A stretch of 63,645 nucleotides of DNA, the filler included, from Sphacelaria rigidula (taxonomy: Eukaryota): the NCBI GenBank assembly GCA_964200075.2. It is 10 parts of 10 records of this genome, joined end to end, with 100 filler letters (N's around TTAATTAATTAA, not from the genome) between each part and the next. Parts side by side here need not be neighbours in the genome. Positions count along the whole stretch, not along the records: positions 19,126 to 25,400 come from CAXNAA020021071.1; positions 25,501 to 31,775 come from CAXNAA020021072.1; positions 31,876 to 38,149 come from CAXNAA020021073.1; 7 more parts are not named here. The stretch is one strand, 5' to 3'. Of the stretch, positions 23,893 through 33,923 are shown in pieces. Numbering within the stretch: the first letter of the stretch is position 1; each line of letters opens with the position of its first letter. Made by a program: the position numbers and the translations under genes. The notes beneath the pieces were generated by a model. That model was not told the DNA's origin, made no database searches, and worked only from the letters and a program-made list of their open reading frames with translations.

Positions 23893-24465
23893 GGGGGGGA
23901 GGGGGGGGGTACTCATGATCATGCATGCTATAGCCATCAGACCATTGTCCTCGCATCCCTACAAAGCCGGAACGGACCACGCCGGGTTTCCGCCGAACCA
24001 GGCTCGCTCTCAATCACCAAGCGCGAAGCGCCGTAGTGTGTTCAGCGAGTCGCATAAACGCCGAGCTGCATGCTGCTACGATTGTTCAGTCCGAAGCCTA
24101 CTGATTATCTTGCATTTGGATGACACCCTACAACGAGTTGATTTATTATATGGTATCGCGACTTCCAGAGACAGCCATGGCTTATACGCTGCCTCATGGG
24201 TGTCTCACCATTTGAACACTACGTGGTACGACCATCCCCATTGTGCGGAGTTGAAGTTCTCGCATGCCGCACAACATGCTCTAGCTCGACTACCGTCATG
24301 GTTACCGCAATAAAAACGCAAGCTCGCAAAAAAGATCGGTAAGCTTGTTGTCTAGCTTACGCAGTGAGTGTCGTGTTTTATGGCGTCATCACCAACCGAC
24401 GCCAACCCCATAGGGGGTTCGCCCCTACCAAGCCGGGACGGAGAATGCCGGGTTCTCGCCGGGGG
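23893..24465 (+). repeat. High-copy element of about 570 bp with a direct repeat near both ends
   Basis: Colinear with 55150-55672. Fragments at 23540, 25354, 25501, 31674, 31876, 38080, 44624, 46550, 50010 and 50842. Confidence 0.9.
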
Positions 24466-24883
24466 GGGGGGAGGGGTTGCAGACGGCACTCAGTTCGTAT
24501 CAATGATGTTGGGAACGAAGCACTCATCAATAAATGCTGCCATATTCAATTTCACGTTGCAGAGAATTATGTGAAAGGAAAAGCATGCGTGCGCACACGC
24601 TCACATGATCCTGCTTTCGACAATAGCTGGAGGGCGGCAGACTGTCGGTCCACAAGCCCGATAGTTCATTTGCAACAAGGCAGTGGAGAGCGTTTGTCGT
24701 TCACCTACATTTTTTTGTTTGTTCGTTCGGGACGGGGTGGACTAACAAGTTGGGAAGCTCCTTCCCCCTCCTCCCCCTGCTTTTCGAAGACGAATCTCTC
24801 GCGGGGTGTTCGCGGGAGATTAATTTTTGTCTGCTGCTGCTGCCGCTGCTGTCGCCGCTGTCTGAAACAACATTTCTGTGCAG

Positions 24884-24958
24884 CGGTGCCTGGTGACGGG
24901 TGCATCGTCTGGTTTGGGCATGCACTTCGCCAAGTCACTCGCCAAGCATGGAGCCAAG
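24884..24958 (+). CDS. Short-chain dehydrogenase/reductase exon RCLVTGASSGLGMHFAKSLAKHGAK
   Basis: TGxxxGxG Rossmann motif, CAG acceptor, AAG|GTGAG donor, 75 nt. Confidence 0.88.
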
Positions 24959-25147
24959 GTGAGAGAGTGTACATCCAGTCCTGGCTATCCCGATGAGAAA
25001 AAACACCAGAATGTCTTGCTACGACGCGATAATAACCACGGAGCCACTCATCCAGCGCTGACTGAGTGGCTCCGTAGTTATCCTGACGTCTCAATACATT
25101 TTACCCCTGGAAATTTTTTTTGTAGCTGACGCAGGTGTTGTTATTTA

Positions 25148-25205
<58 letters not shown>
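25148..25205. repeat. (GTT)n microsatellite
   Basis: Read directly. Confidence 0.95.
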
Positions 25206-25206
<1 letters not shown>

Positions 25207-25400
25207 TTTGCTACGTGCAGGTGCGTTTTTTGTTCAACGTCTACTTCGCGATACAAGAATCGACATTGTGCCAGTAGGTTTTTTTTTTCTGCTCCCTCAT
25301 TGCTCCCCGCTTTAAACTTTTGAAAGATTTCTCTGTTGTAAATAAAAATCACCCGGGGGGGGGGGGCGTTCTCATGTGTTGCTTGCCTTAGTCGTTTGAC

Positions 25401-25500
25401 NNNNNNNNNNNNNNNNNNNNNNNNNNNNNNNNNNNNNNNNNNNNTTAATTAATTAANNNNNNNNNNNNNNNNNNNNNNNNNNNNNNNNNNNNNNNNNNNN
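25401..25500. other. Artificial contig spacer
   Basis: N44-TTAATTAATTAA-N44. Confidence 0.99.
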
Positions 25501-26069
25501 CCCGGCTTTGTATGGATGCGAGGTCAATGGTCTGATGACTATGGCATGCAAGATCACGAGTACACCCCCACCCAGGTAGTCTCGAACTTGAAAGTATCCC
25601 TCTTCCTCATCTAGGTAGGGTCTTCCTCACCGAGCAAATCAACTTCAATGTCCCCCAGCTCGACCCTGTACACGAGTCACCCTAGCCATCCGGGCGTAGG
25701 TCCTCACTAGTATCGGCAATCGATACCCTATGTATCCACGAGTATTCATTGGGTACTGTACTCAAAATATCGTTAAACCCAGGGTATCTTTCTCAGGGTG
25801 CGAACCCTCTCCCAAGTACCTTGACTCTATTTGTGCGGTATCGCAGATTCCCACGACTCAAAACTCTCGCCCACCGCCGCAGTAGCAAACTTCATGTTCT
25901 CCGAATACTGTACCGAATATCCCGACAAGAAGACAGGACGACGCCCGATTTTCGCGCCAACGCCTCCTCCACACCTTGTCAACGCTAACACCACGAACCC
26001 CACCATTTGAACACTGATGCGTAGAATATTGTTCCACTGCATTGGCTCGTCTCTCCATGATGACTCCAG

Positions 26070-26384
26070 CATCCGCGGCGCCTCATGGACCATCATCAGG
26101 GCGGAGCCAGCAACGCGAAGAGCATCGTGATGATTCACAAGACGTGAAGAGTGGGGAAGATGGCGATTATGATGGTCGAGGCATTGACAAAGAATCACCG
26201 CTGCCACCGCTGCCACCACCGAGGACTACAGACGAGGAAGGACAACGGGCACCGCCGCTTGGTGACGAGGGAGGAAGCGAGGGTGCAGGGAGCGGCGAAG
26301 GGGAGGCCACGCGACGACGAGCGGCGCGGCACGCTGCGGTGGCAACCGCGGTTGAGGAGCGAGCGAAGATGGAGCGCTTCGAGG
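26070..26384 (+). CDS. Candidate low-complexity exon of an unknown gene
   Basis: GC-rich open frame (…EATRRRAARHAAVATAVEERAKMERFE) with CCAG acceptor and G|GTGGG donor. No recognisable domain. Confidence 0.35.
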
Positions 26385-27038
26385 GTGGGCTGGATGGGGG
26401 CGCCGGGGCGGATGGGACTAACTTTGAGTGTGAGCGCCACCCGCCGTAATGTTTGTGTGTGTACCACGTCAGTACGATGATGAGTGGTGATGGTTGTAAT
26501 GATAGTTGTAATAAACAGAGAGGAGGAGGAGGAGGAGGAAGACAATAGTGGTATGAGCTGGGCCAGCTGACACATCCTATCCTTTCTTGCACCCTTTTAG
26601 GGCTGTATTTTTCTTGCTACTTATTTCAGACCGATTATATGCGCTTGATACGGGGTTGTGCCTGTTGTTCTCGGAACGTTCTTTGTATTCTTCCCCTTCC
26701 CTTAACCCCGCCTTTTTGTGTCGAAACCCAAAATCCGGCCATAATGGAATGTGAAAATACTGCAGTATATTCTCTCTTGCACTCTTCGTCCTGTTAGTAT
26801 TGGGATGGAATGAGGTCTCCAGCCCCGCCGGCGACCTCACCCAGACTTCTTCACCGGCGCCCGGCGGCTCACCCACACTTCTTGGCTTGTACGTCTTCTT
26901 GTCTGTGCTCCTTCTTTTCTTTTTTTTGTACAAGTGCTACCGACCTTAATCTAGCCAGCTGTATCCCGCATCCCCACATTGCAAACGACTCTATGCATCC
27001 TTGCGTGTCCCTTGTCAGTGGACCCTCCCTCAGGCTCC

Positions 27039-28268
27039 TCATGGTACGTTAAAGAAACCAAATTCCGCCGGGTCGAGGCTTGCTACAAAAGTATTGGTAT
27101 CCGCGTAATCCTCTTCGGCGACCTCCTGTGTCTTACCCCTGTGTCGCTCCGGTCGCGTTGTTTGCCCAATATACCGACTCGCAACCCGGCTCGACTTCCA
27201 TCCAATCTGCGCCATGACTGTCGCCACATCCTGGCCCGCTATGGTGCGCGCTACCGCCGCCCCCACCCGGAATGAATGCATCGTAAAATTTCTATCCCCC
27301 AAACCCGCTCGCTGGGCATGCTCCTGCAGTCGCGCCGTCATCGCCCGCGGTGTCATCGCGGTATCACACTTTGCCAACTTAATATCACCTGTCCTCCGTA
27401 TCTCGGGGAAAAGGAAACCTTGGCTTACCTGCCAGCCGCATGACTTCATGGCCTGCGCATATACTTGTAGCGCCGCTACTGCACACGTGTCAGGCATATC
27501 CCTGTCTGGGGCTACGTGGCATACATGCCGCGAACCCTCCCTCAGCGTTTTGGTGAAACGGAAGTTTAAGACGATACCCTGATCCTCGGGCAGCCGTAAA
27601 ACACTTCCTGCCATCATTTGCGTCAAATCTCCTCCTCTACCCGCCGTACGCAAAGCCACCGTGAACAACGCCATATCCCTGACTAAAGCAATGGACTCCG
27701 CGGGGTTTTCAGTTCCTGCTAACTGTATTCTGATAGCTGCGACAATCGCGGCTAGGTCCGGCAGTAGCAGCGGCCTGGCTTGCTTTGTCGCCACACCCGC
27801 CTTCTGCTGCTCTGCGGCCGAGAATGCTAAGTATTCCGTCACTGGCACACTCTTGACCGGATTACCTCGGTGTTCTGTGACGGACCAGTCGTCGCTGTTA
27901 GCGAGGATCTCCGTATACGCACAGCGCAGTTTCGATATGTACTGTTTATTTAGCGAAGTATGTGCATACCGCTTCGCGCACCCGAGACCTAGCTCTTTGC
28001 ATTGTACCAAGCTGTCTGTGCCTATCTGTGGGCATTGCAGAACGTGCACTACCTTTGTACCCGTGCCCTGCGAGTCCTTGTATGCCAGGTAATTTACGAC
28101 TTGCTCTGGCGTGGCATTTTCCCATCCTACGGCGCCGCCCGAACGCTGTCGCATGAAACGGTCGAAATCATCTGCTACGACACTCTTACGCCTATGCCCC
28201 ACTTTAGCCGCTCTTGCTGCGGCAAACGCCGCCAGCCTGTCATTAAGCAAACTGTCGTTGATATGCAA
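27039..28268 (-). CDS. ALOG domain-tyrosine recombinase, uninterrupted
   Basis: ALOG: YLAYKDSQGTGTKVVH..QC...C...CAKRYAHTSL...ISKLR.AY...GNPVKS..V.EYL...EQQKAGV. YR catalytic set: R (AGRGGDL), K (FTKT), HSFR, W (IGWKS), Y (SRYI). Confidence 0.93.
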   Translation of the reverse strand: MHINDSLLNDRLAAFAAARAAKVGHRRKSVVADDFDRFMRQRSGGAVGWENATPEQVVNYLAYKDSQGTGTKVVHVLQCPQIGTDSLVQCKELGLGCAKRYAHTSLNKQYISKLRCAYTEILANSDDWSVTEHRGNPVKSVPVTEYLAFSAAEQQKAGVATKQARPLLLPDLAAIVAAIRIQLAGTENPAESIALVRDMALFTVALRTAGRGGDLTQMMAGSVLRLPEDQGIVLNFRFTKTLREGSRHVCHVAPDRDMPDTCAVAALQVYAQAMKSCGWQVSQGFLFPEIRRTGDIKLAKCDTAMTPRAMTARLQEHAQRAGLGDRNFTMHSFRVGAAVARTIAGQDVATVMAQIGWKSSRVASRYIGQTTRPERHRGKTQEVAEEDYADTNTFVASLDPAEFGFFNVP

Positions 28269-28304
28269 TTGGGCCTCCCCTTGCGGTCGCGGTGCCGGCC
28301 GCGT

Positions 28305-28514
28305 TTATTTGGCGGGCACACCGCAGCTCTGACAAAACCTGTAATTTCCATCATTATGCCCTAGGCATGCTCCGCACAGCACTCTAGGCACCCGATCTGC
28401 AATTCTGGTAGCGCCTTGGGGCACCCTTAGCGAGGCTGTTCCTGCCGTTATTCCTCCTCCGCTTTCTCCTATCGGCGCAAATGTCGCCACCCAGGTATCT
28501 GTGCCCTCCATCAC
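28305..28514 (-). CDS. Zn-ribbon peptide in frame with the downstream ALOG-YR
   Basis: CGAC..HND.NYRFCQSCG, homologous to 5072-5128. One TAA (28305-28307) separates it from the YR ORF. Confidence 0.7.
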   Translation of the reverse strand: MMEGTDTWVATFAPIGESGGGITAGTASLRVPQGATRIADRVPRVLCGACLGHNDGNYRFCQSCGVPAK

Positions 28515-28627
28515 CTAGCACAGCAGCACGGAGGACCATGAAGTGACAAAGGCATAACGGGCTGACTATGCCAGTCCAAAATTAAGCTCCACTGCTACCA
28601 TGTCCCATTTCTCAAATACAAACGGCC

Positions 28628-29899
28628 TTACACTCTTTGCATGGTGCTCCGAGAAGAAAGCATGCCGTCTCCTGCCTTTGCCACCAATTTCTCCTTGATA
28701 CGCGCACTCCTTAGCCTAGGATACCAAGCCCCTTTTGTCGCTGGTACCACGACCACTGCTCTTGCCCTGCATTCCTCCATTCGTTGCAACACCACCCCCA
28801 CCATACACACGGGCGGGAAAGAGAAATTAAAACCCTTCTCGCTCAAGCCCGGAATTAATGCAACATCTTGCGCTAGCACATCGATTGCCGCCGCTCCCGG
28901 ACATGCGTATCGCGCGCAAAACGGCAATCCACTGCCCTCTCTTGGTTGCCCTCGTGGCACCCGCTGCACTGAGACGTTTGTGGCCATGAGGTCTGCGTCA
29001 AATGCCCCGAAGAACATCCACAAATCCGCGAAAATCTCATGCCGTAACCTCACAAACTCCACCCTACCTGGTCGGGTAATAGCATCTGCTTCGCTATTTT
29101 GCGCGGATGGTACCCATTGCAACCTTAACCAAAAACCCTCTCTCCTCTGCAGGTTATATAGATCAAGCAACAGTGCATGTGTATTGGGGTTTCTCGATCT
29201 ACCTCGTGCAAACGCATCCACCACTGACGTATTGTCAACATCCACTAAAACCTGCGCTCCTCTAAGTCGCCCCGGCGCTCTCCTGCAAAATTCCCGCAAG
29301 ACCTTATTTAGTGCGAATGCCTCCTTGGCGTTGATGTGCTGCTGTATCCATACTGAGGAAAATTCTGCACCGGCTTGGAAAAGCTGACCGTCCACCCGCA
29401 TCACACCCCCCCATGCTGCTGACGAAGCATCTGTTGCGCCTCTCGTGACGGCCAGCGCATAGTGCTTGGCGGAATACCACGGACCCTGCTGCGAATGCTG
29501 CGTAACGCCTAACCATAGCTCTAACTCATCCCAGAGGCCGCTACCTTCCTGCGCTGGGATCTCCGTCAACCATTTCCCTTTAACTTTTTTTTCGAGCGCT
29601 TGTACACCCTTGAAAATAAAGTGCGTCCACGGAGACGCCGGCCGCACCGCTACCTTCATACTCATGCACTTTCCCGCGATCTTTTGCAGCGTAGTCGCAT
29701 CGACTGCCCTATTTTCCATCACCCTCCTAATCAAGGTGCCAAGTTTGTCCAGCTTGTCCTTCGGAACACGGTACGCCGCTCGTTCACTGTCACATAAAAT
29801 ACCTAAGTATCGCTGCACTCTCCGCGGGACAAGATCGCACTTTTTGATGCTCAAGTAAAACCCTGCCAAGAAGGAAACAGACACCGCCAGAGCTATCAC
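28628..29899 (-). CDS. DIRS pol, C-terminal part (end of RT, RNase H, MT-like)
   Basis: RYLGILCD, ATDASS, HINAKE, DVDN, QNSEADAITR, FDADLMAT, FSFPP, AVVVVP. Confidence 0.9.
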   Translation of the reverse strand: MIALAVSVSFLAGFYLSIKKCDLVPRRVQRYLGILCDSERAAYRVPKDKLDKLGTLIRRVMENRAVDATTLQKIAGKCMSMKVAVRPASPWTHFIFKGVQALEKKVKGKWLTEIPAQEGSGLWDELELWLGVTQHSQQGPWYSAKHYALAVTRGATDASSAAWGGVMRVDGQLFQAGAEFSSVWIQQHINAKEAFALNKVLREFCRRAPGRLRGAQVLVDVDNTSVVDAFARGRSRNPNTHALLLDLYNLQRREGFWLRLQWVPSAQNSEADAITRPGRVEFVRLRHEIFADLWMFFGAFDADLMATNVSVQRVPRGQPREGSGLPFCARYACPGAAAIDVLAQDVALIPGLSEKGFNFSFPPVCMVGVVLQRMEECRARAVVVVPATKGAWYPRLRSARIKEKLVAKAGDGMLSSRSTMQRV

Positions 29900-30234
29900 T
29901 GCTAGAGATTTTTGAACGAAGAGTGGAGATGCAATTGGTAACTCGAAGAGTTACGCGCTGAAATTTTGACACGACATTTTGATTATCAACCCGCGCAACT
30001 CTATTATGGGGTGCAGAGGAAGAAAGAAACAAAAAAACAGGGAGTTAGAGCGAGTTGAAATTTCAGCAAAAACAGGAAAAATGCGGTAACTATAACTTCC
30101 TTAAAGATCGATAAAGACGACGACAACGCTCCAACACATACGGACACTCGCGCCAACAACATTCTGGTAAAGTTTCGGCCAAAAATACCTCAAATTAGGC
30201 GCGGCATCGCAATTTTCGTGTGACACGGCTGCGG

Positions 30235-30725
30235 CCCTTGAACCCTTTTGGGACCGGGCCTCCAGAACGACCAGTGAGGCTGATTGGGAATGTCGTGTCT
30301 GGCGTCTGCACGAAACAGTGCTTCATGTTGCTGAAATCCGCGCATGTCACCGCAGGGTTATGAGGAAGACCGAAAGTTTCGTGCAATTTATTCTCAGGTG
30401 CAGGGTGCGCATTAGGTAGTGTGCATCTGATGTAGTAAGCAGTATGGGTCGCCGTTGAGAGCTTTCAACAGGATGCGGCGACTGGTGGGCCGCCCGCTAC
30501 TTGTGGCTTTGGATGATATTATTGTCCCCATCACCTTGCCACATAGCCCTTTGTGGTCGGGGTGGGCCGCGATTTTCCTCTTTGTTGTATGCGCCGAATT
30601 CTGTTCGAAGGGTATGAGCGTTGCGGCGCGCATACGTACAGTACAGTATAGTGCAGTACGCCTCTCCGACTGCAGCAACAGCTGCCGCTGCATACTCCCT
30701 TGCACGTTTTGGGCAGTTCTCAGTT
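30235..30725. repeat. Dispersed repeat, same family as 14401-15145
   Basis: Colinear similarity. Confidence 0.85.
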
Positions 30726-31261
30726 ACTCCGATCAACTGCCTATATACCGCTTCTTCATCCCCGCCCACTACATACATGTTGACTGCACACTGCAAGGCA
30801 TCGGCAGAGGGATAGGCAGAATTCATGACGATAGCTCCTTTTGTCTTTCCACGGCCCACGTGGGTCTATTGCCTCGTGAAAATGACTACATGGTAGCATG
30901 TACACTCCTCCCCCGTTTTTCCCACTCCACCCTGTGTTAGTGTAGTTGCTGCGTTTTATTATTGGCTGGTGACCCCAAAAAACTCCCGGGAACTCCTGGG
31001 AACGATAAGCTGTGCTCCGAGCATCCTGGCTTTGGAAACCTGCGAAGGCTTATCTGGGCCAGGAATAGGGCTCCCACACGATCTTTGCAGTGACATCACA
31101 CTCGGCAACAGTCCCCGCGCTGGTCGTTCGGGTCTGGTCGATAAATTTCGCCTCGACGTGATTGGGCAGGTCGCTCCCTGATTCATTTCTTACTATTTCA
31201 CGAAGACATGATCAACCCCGTGTTAGTGGGGGATCGGTCCCAAATGGGTTAATTCAAATGA

Positions 31262-31325
31262 TACATAAGACTCCAATTATGGAGGTCATGGGTTCGAATC
31301 CCGACAGATTCTCTTTTTTTTTTCC
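31262..31325 (+). other. tRNA-like 3' remnant (B box plus oligo-T), probably a SINE or pseudo-tRNA
   Basis: GAGGTCATGGGTTCGAATCCC followed by a T tract. No acceptor stem or D arm. Confidence 0.45.
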
Positions 31326-31775
31326 CGTCTATCGTTAAGCTCATATATATTATGAACTACATTTTTTTTTCATTTTTTTTCTACATTCAGCGGCGGTGCC
31401 ATGCGTTACCAGGTTTGTTCTGCAGTTCGCAGCGATGTGCTCAAGTCGCGCTGATTTGGAAAACTTGAGAAGTTATGGTGTGGAAAACGAATGCGGGATT
31501 TACTGCTGGCCCAGCTCGTAGTAGCACTGATTCCTTCTGCCCCATGAGTAAAAATGGTTGTGTTCGCGTGGGCCCTTACTTAACCGTATCCGGTTTGCTA
31601 CTCGTGGGTGGTGATGTTTTTGATACCTTCGACGTTTTTTTTAGTTGAAAGCTCCCCCCGCCCCTTTTTTTTTAGCCTGGTCCGGCGAGAACACGGCGTG
31701 CTCCGTCCAGGCTTTGTAGGGGCGGAAGCCCGATGGGGTTGGCGTGGGAGAGCGCTGGGGTGAAAGACGGCGCCA

Positions 31776-31875
31776 NNNNNNNNNNNNNNNNNNNNNNNNN
31801 NNNNNNNNNNNNNNNNNNNTTAATTAATTAANNNNNNNNNNNNNNNNNNNNNNNNNNNNNNNNNNNNNNNNNNNN
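31776..31875. other. Artificial contig spacer
   Basis: N44-TTAATTAATTAA-N44. Confidence 0.99.
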
Positions 31876-31985
31876 GTGCAACCCTGGTCCGGCGAAAATC
31901 CGTCGTGCTCCGTCCCGGCATGGTAGGGATGCGAGGTCAATGATCTGATGACTATGGCACGCATGATCATGACTACACCCCCCCT

Positions 31986-32834
31986 CCCGTAACCAAATAG
32001 AGACCCCCTCTCGACCACTTGGGACCGCTCTGTGAGTAGGGCGAAGCATCACTTGAAAAAAAAATGTCTGCAAGCCACGTTAATTTTTAACGATCCAACC
32101 ACCATGAAGAGTTGCTCTCAGTAAACACCATGTCCAAACAAATTCAGACGCGTAGCACCACCAAAAATGCAGAGAAGGGACAACTGGCGTATGAAGATGC
32201 GTTCAAGCGCGCGGGATTATCAAAGATTCAAACAATCCACAGCTTGTTTGTAGACATGGAACAGCTTGGGTATGTGATATCTTGTGTTGCTGCCTTGACA
32301 CACCAGCGGTTTTTGGTGAGAGGCGATGGAATGTGCTCGAAAACTGTTCAGCGGTGGTCGGCAGCAGCGAAGGTGTCGCCTTTGACGATGCGCTTCGCCC
32401 TGAAGGTCATAGATGCGAGAGTCCTTCGTCCGCACGAGCTGTGCTGCAAAGCAGATTGCCTCGATAACATGCAGAGGAGTTGATACGGCTGTGTTCTGTC
32501 TGGTCGCTCGGTGTCGATGCAGCGGCAAGTTGTATCGCCAACACCTGAGCTGTCCCATATCTGCACACAAGCTGTGGGTTGTTTAGATCTTCGATCATCC
32601 AGCGCGCTTGAACACATCTTACACGCCAGCTGTCTCTTCTTTGAATTTCTGGTTGTGCTGCACTTGTAAATTTGTTCGGACATGGCATGGTGTTTACCGA
32701 GTGCGACTTTCATGGTGTTCATGGCGTTAAAAAGTAACGTTGCTGGTGGTCGGACTTCCTACACGTGATGCTCCGATCGACTCTCGCAGCGCTTCTAAGT
32801 GGTCCAAATTGGGGATCTATTTGGTCAAATGGGT
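31986..32834. mobile_element. Old foldback/long-TIR element
   Basis: About 31986-32310 is a diverged inverted copy of 32503-32834 (ACCAAATAGA/TCTATTTGGT, GTAAACACCATG/CATGGTGTTTAC, TTCAAGCGCGC/GCGCGCTTGAA). Confidence 0.75.
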
Positions 32835-33207
32835 GGACAGTGATGGACAAAAGGGGGTCTACATTGACATCATCCAGCGCCGCGGCACTGTTATCGCCAA
32901 CAACGTGCCAGAGACTAGAAATAAGTTGGTGTCCATGCTCTGCATGGGCTGCGGGCGTCATACCAGCGCGTCAGAACTGAATTTGAGGCAGGTCGGGGTG
33001 CGCGCGGGCGTGCCGCGCAGACTTTTCTTCCTTACACCTACGTTTCGGCGGGAAAAGGGGTGGATGTATTATAGCGTTGCATGATGGCAGGATTACAAAC
33101 GAGAGGGTGTGAAAACAATGTCGATTCTCTCATGTGGGATTATAATCTGTTTCATATTTTTTTGGGATAATATGCTATATTCCTGTCTTTTTATTTCTTT
33201 GTGTGAT

Positions 33208-33223
33208 GTCGTTGTCGTTGTCG

Positions 33224-33255
<32 letters not shown>
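33208..33255. repeat. (GTT/GTC)n microsatellite
   Basis: Read directly. Confidence 0.9.
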
Positions 33256-33768
33256 ATCTCCTGTTTTGTTTTCCGCTGACTTCACAATTTGAGGATTTTT
33301 TTCACGGGATTGAGGTCGAAGACGATCCCGTCCGTCTGATTCGCGACTTGAGCTCAGATGTTGGTGTCTGTAGGGTAAATGATTACTCTTGACGAACTTG
33401 ACGTCGTAGTTGGGGGACATTGCCAACCAAAATGCATTGGTGTCGAATATACTCTTGATCTCGTTGGTGCCGGTTCTTCGTAGCTGTGACTCACACGAAT
33501 TGTTGAGGGTTATTATGGATTCGTGTTCGCCTCCTGTTTTCTCCTTTCTGGAGTTTTACATTCTCTTTCACTAATTGAATTTCGTGTTCCTTCCCCTCTT
33601 TTCTCAAGTGTAAATACTTTTTATCTCCCTTCTTGGTGTTCCTCTTCTCTCTGCGGTTGGTTTCTTCGAGCAAGGTCTTTGCGAGTATCTACATTGGAGC
33701 GTTTATCTTGTAAGGGCGGCTGTGACGAAGGAATTCATATTTATTTTGTGTGTGTTTTGTGTTGGCAG

Positions 33769-33923
33769 GCGGTTAACTCATTGAAGGATATCTTCCCGGA
33801 GCTGGTGGATGCCTCGAAGCGGGTGATGGACGTTCTTCAAGACGAAGAAATGACCTTCAACCGAACTCTCGACAAGGGATTGAAGGAGTTCAACAAGATC
33901 GCGGGGGGGCTCGGAGAGGTCAA
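33769..33923 (+). CDS. AARS: Alanyl-tRNA synthetase, internal exon
   Basis: AVNSLKDIFPEL...VLQDEEMTFNRTLDKGLKEF. CAG acceptor; the AA|GTGCGT donor gives phase 2, matching the next exon. Confidence 0.9.

Larger units (their letters stand above)
27039..29899 (-). mobile_element. DIRS1-class tyrosine-recombinase retrotransposon (ALOG-type), copy 2, 5'-truncated
   Basis: Same domain order as copy 1 but strongly diverged. The RT is cut near 29900, just after the catalytic DD region. Confidence 0.93.

Noticed and set aside
25525..25570. Hammerhead ribozyme from CTGATGA in the high-copy repeat
   Set aside because: No stem II followed by GAAA and no closing stems.
28641..29387. 248-aa plus-strand ORF
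   Set aside because: Antisense shadow of the DIRS pol ORF.
12751..29899. Recombinase/RT plus LRR array as one diversification locus
   Set aside because: They lie on different unlinked contigs. The variation is not adenine-specific and no template repeat is visible, so it is not DGR-like.
30083..30106. GCGGTAACTATAACTTCCTTAAAG resembling the LSU rRNA/I-CeuI site
   Set aside because: Only about 10 nt match, there is no flanking rRNA similarity, and it lies within a TIR-type repeat.
31262..31325. Functional tRNA gene
   Set aside because: Only a T-arm/B-box is recognisable; no cloverleaf can be built.
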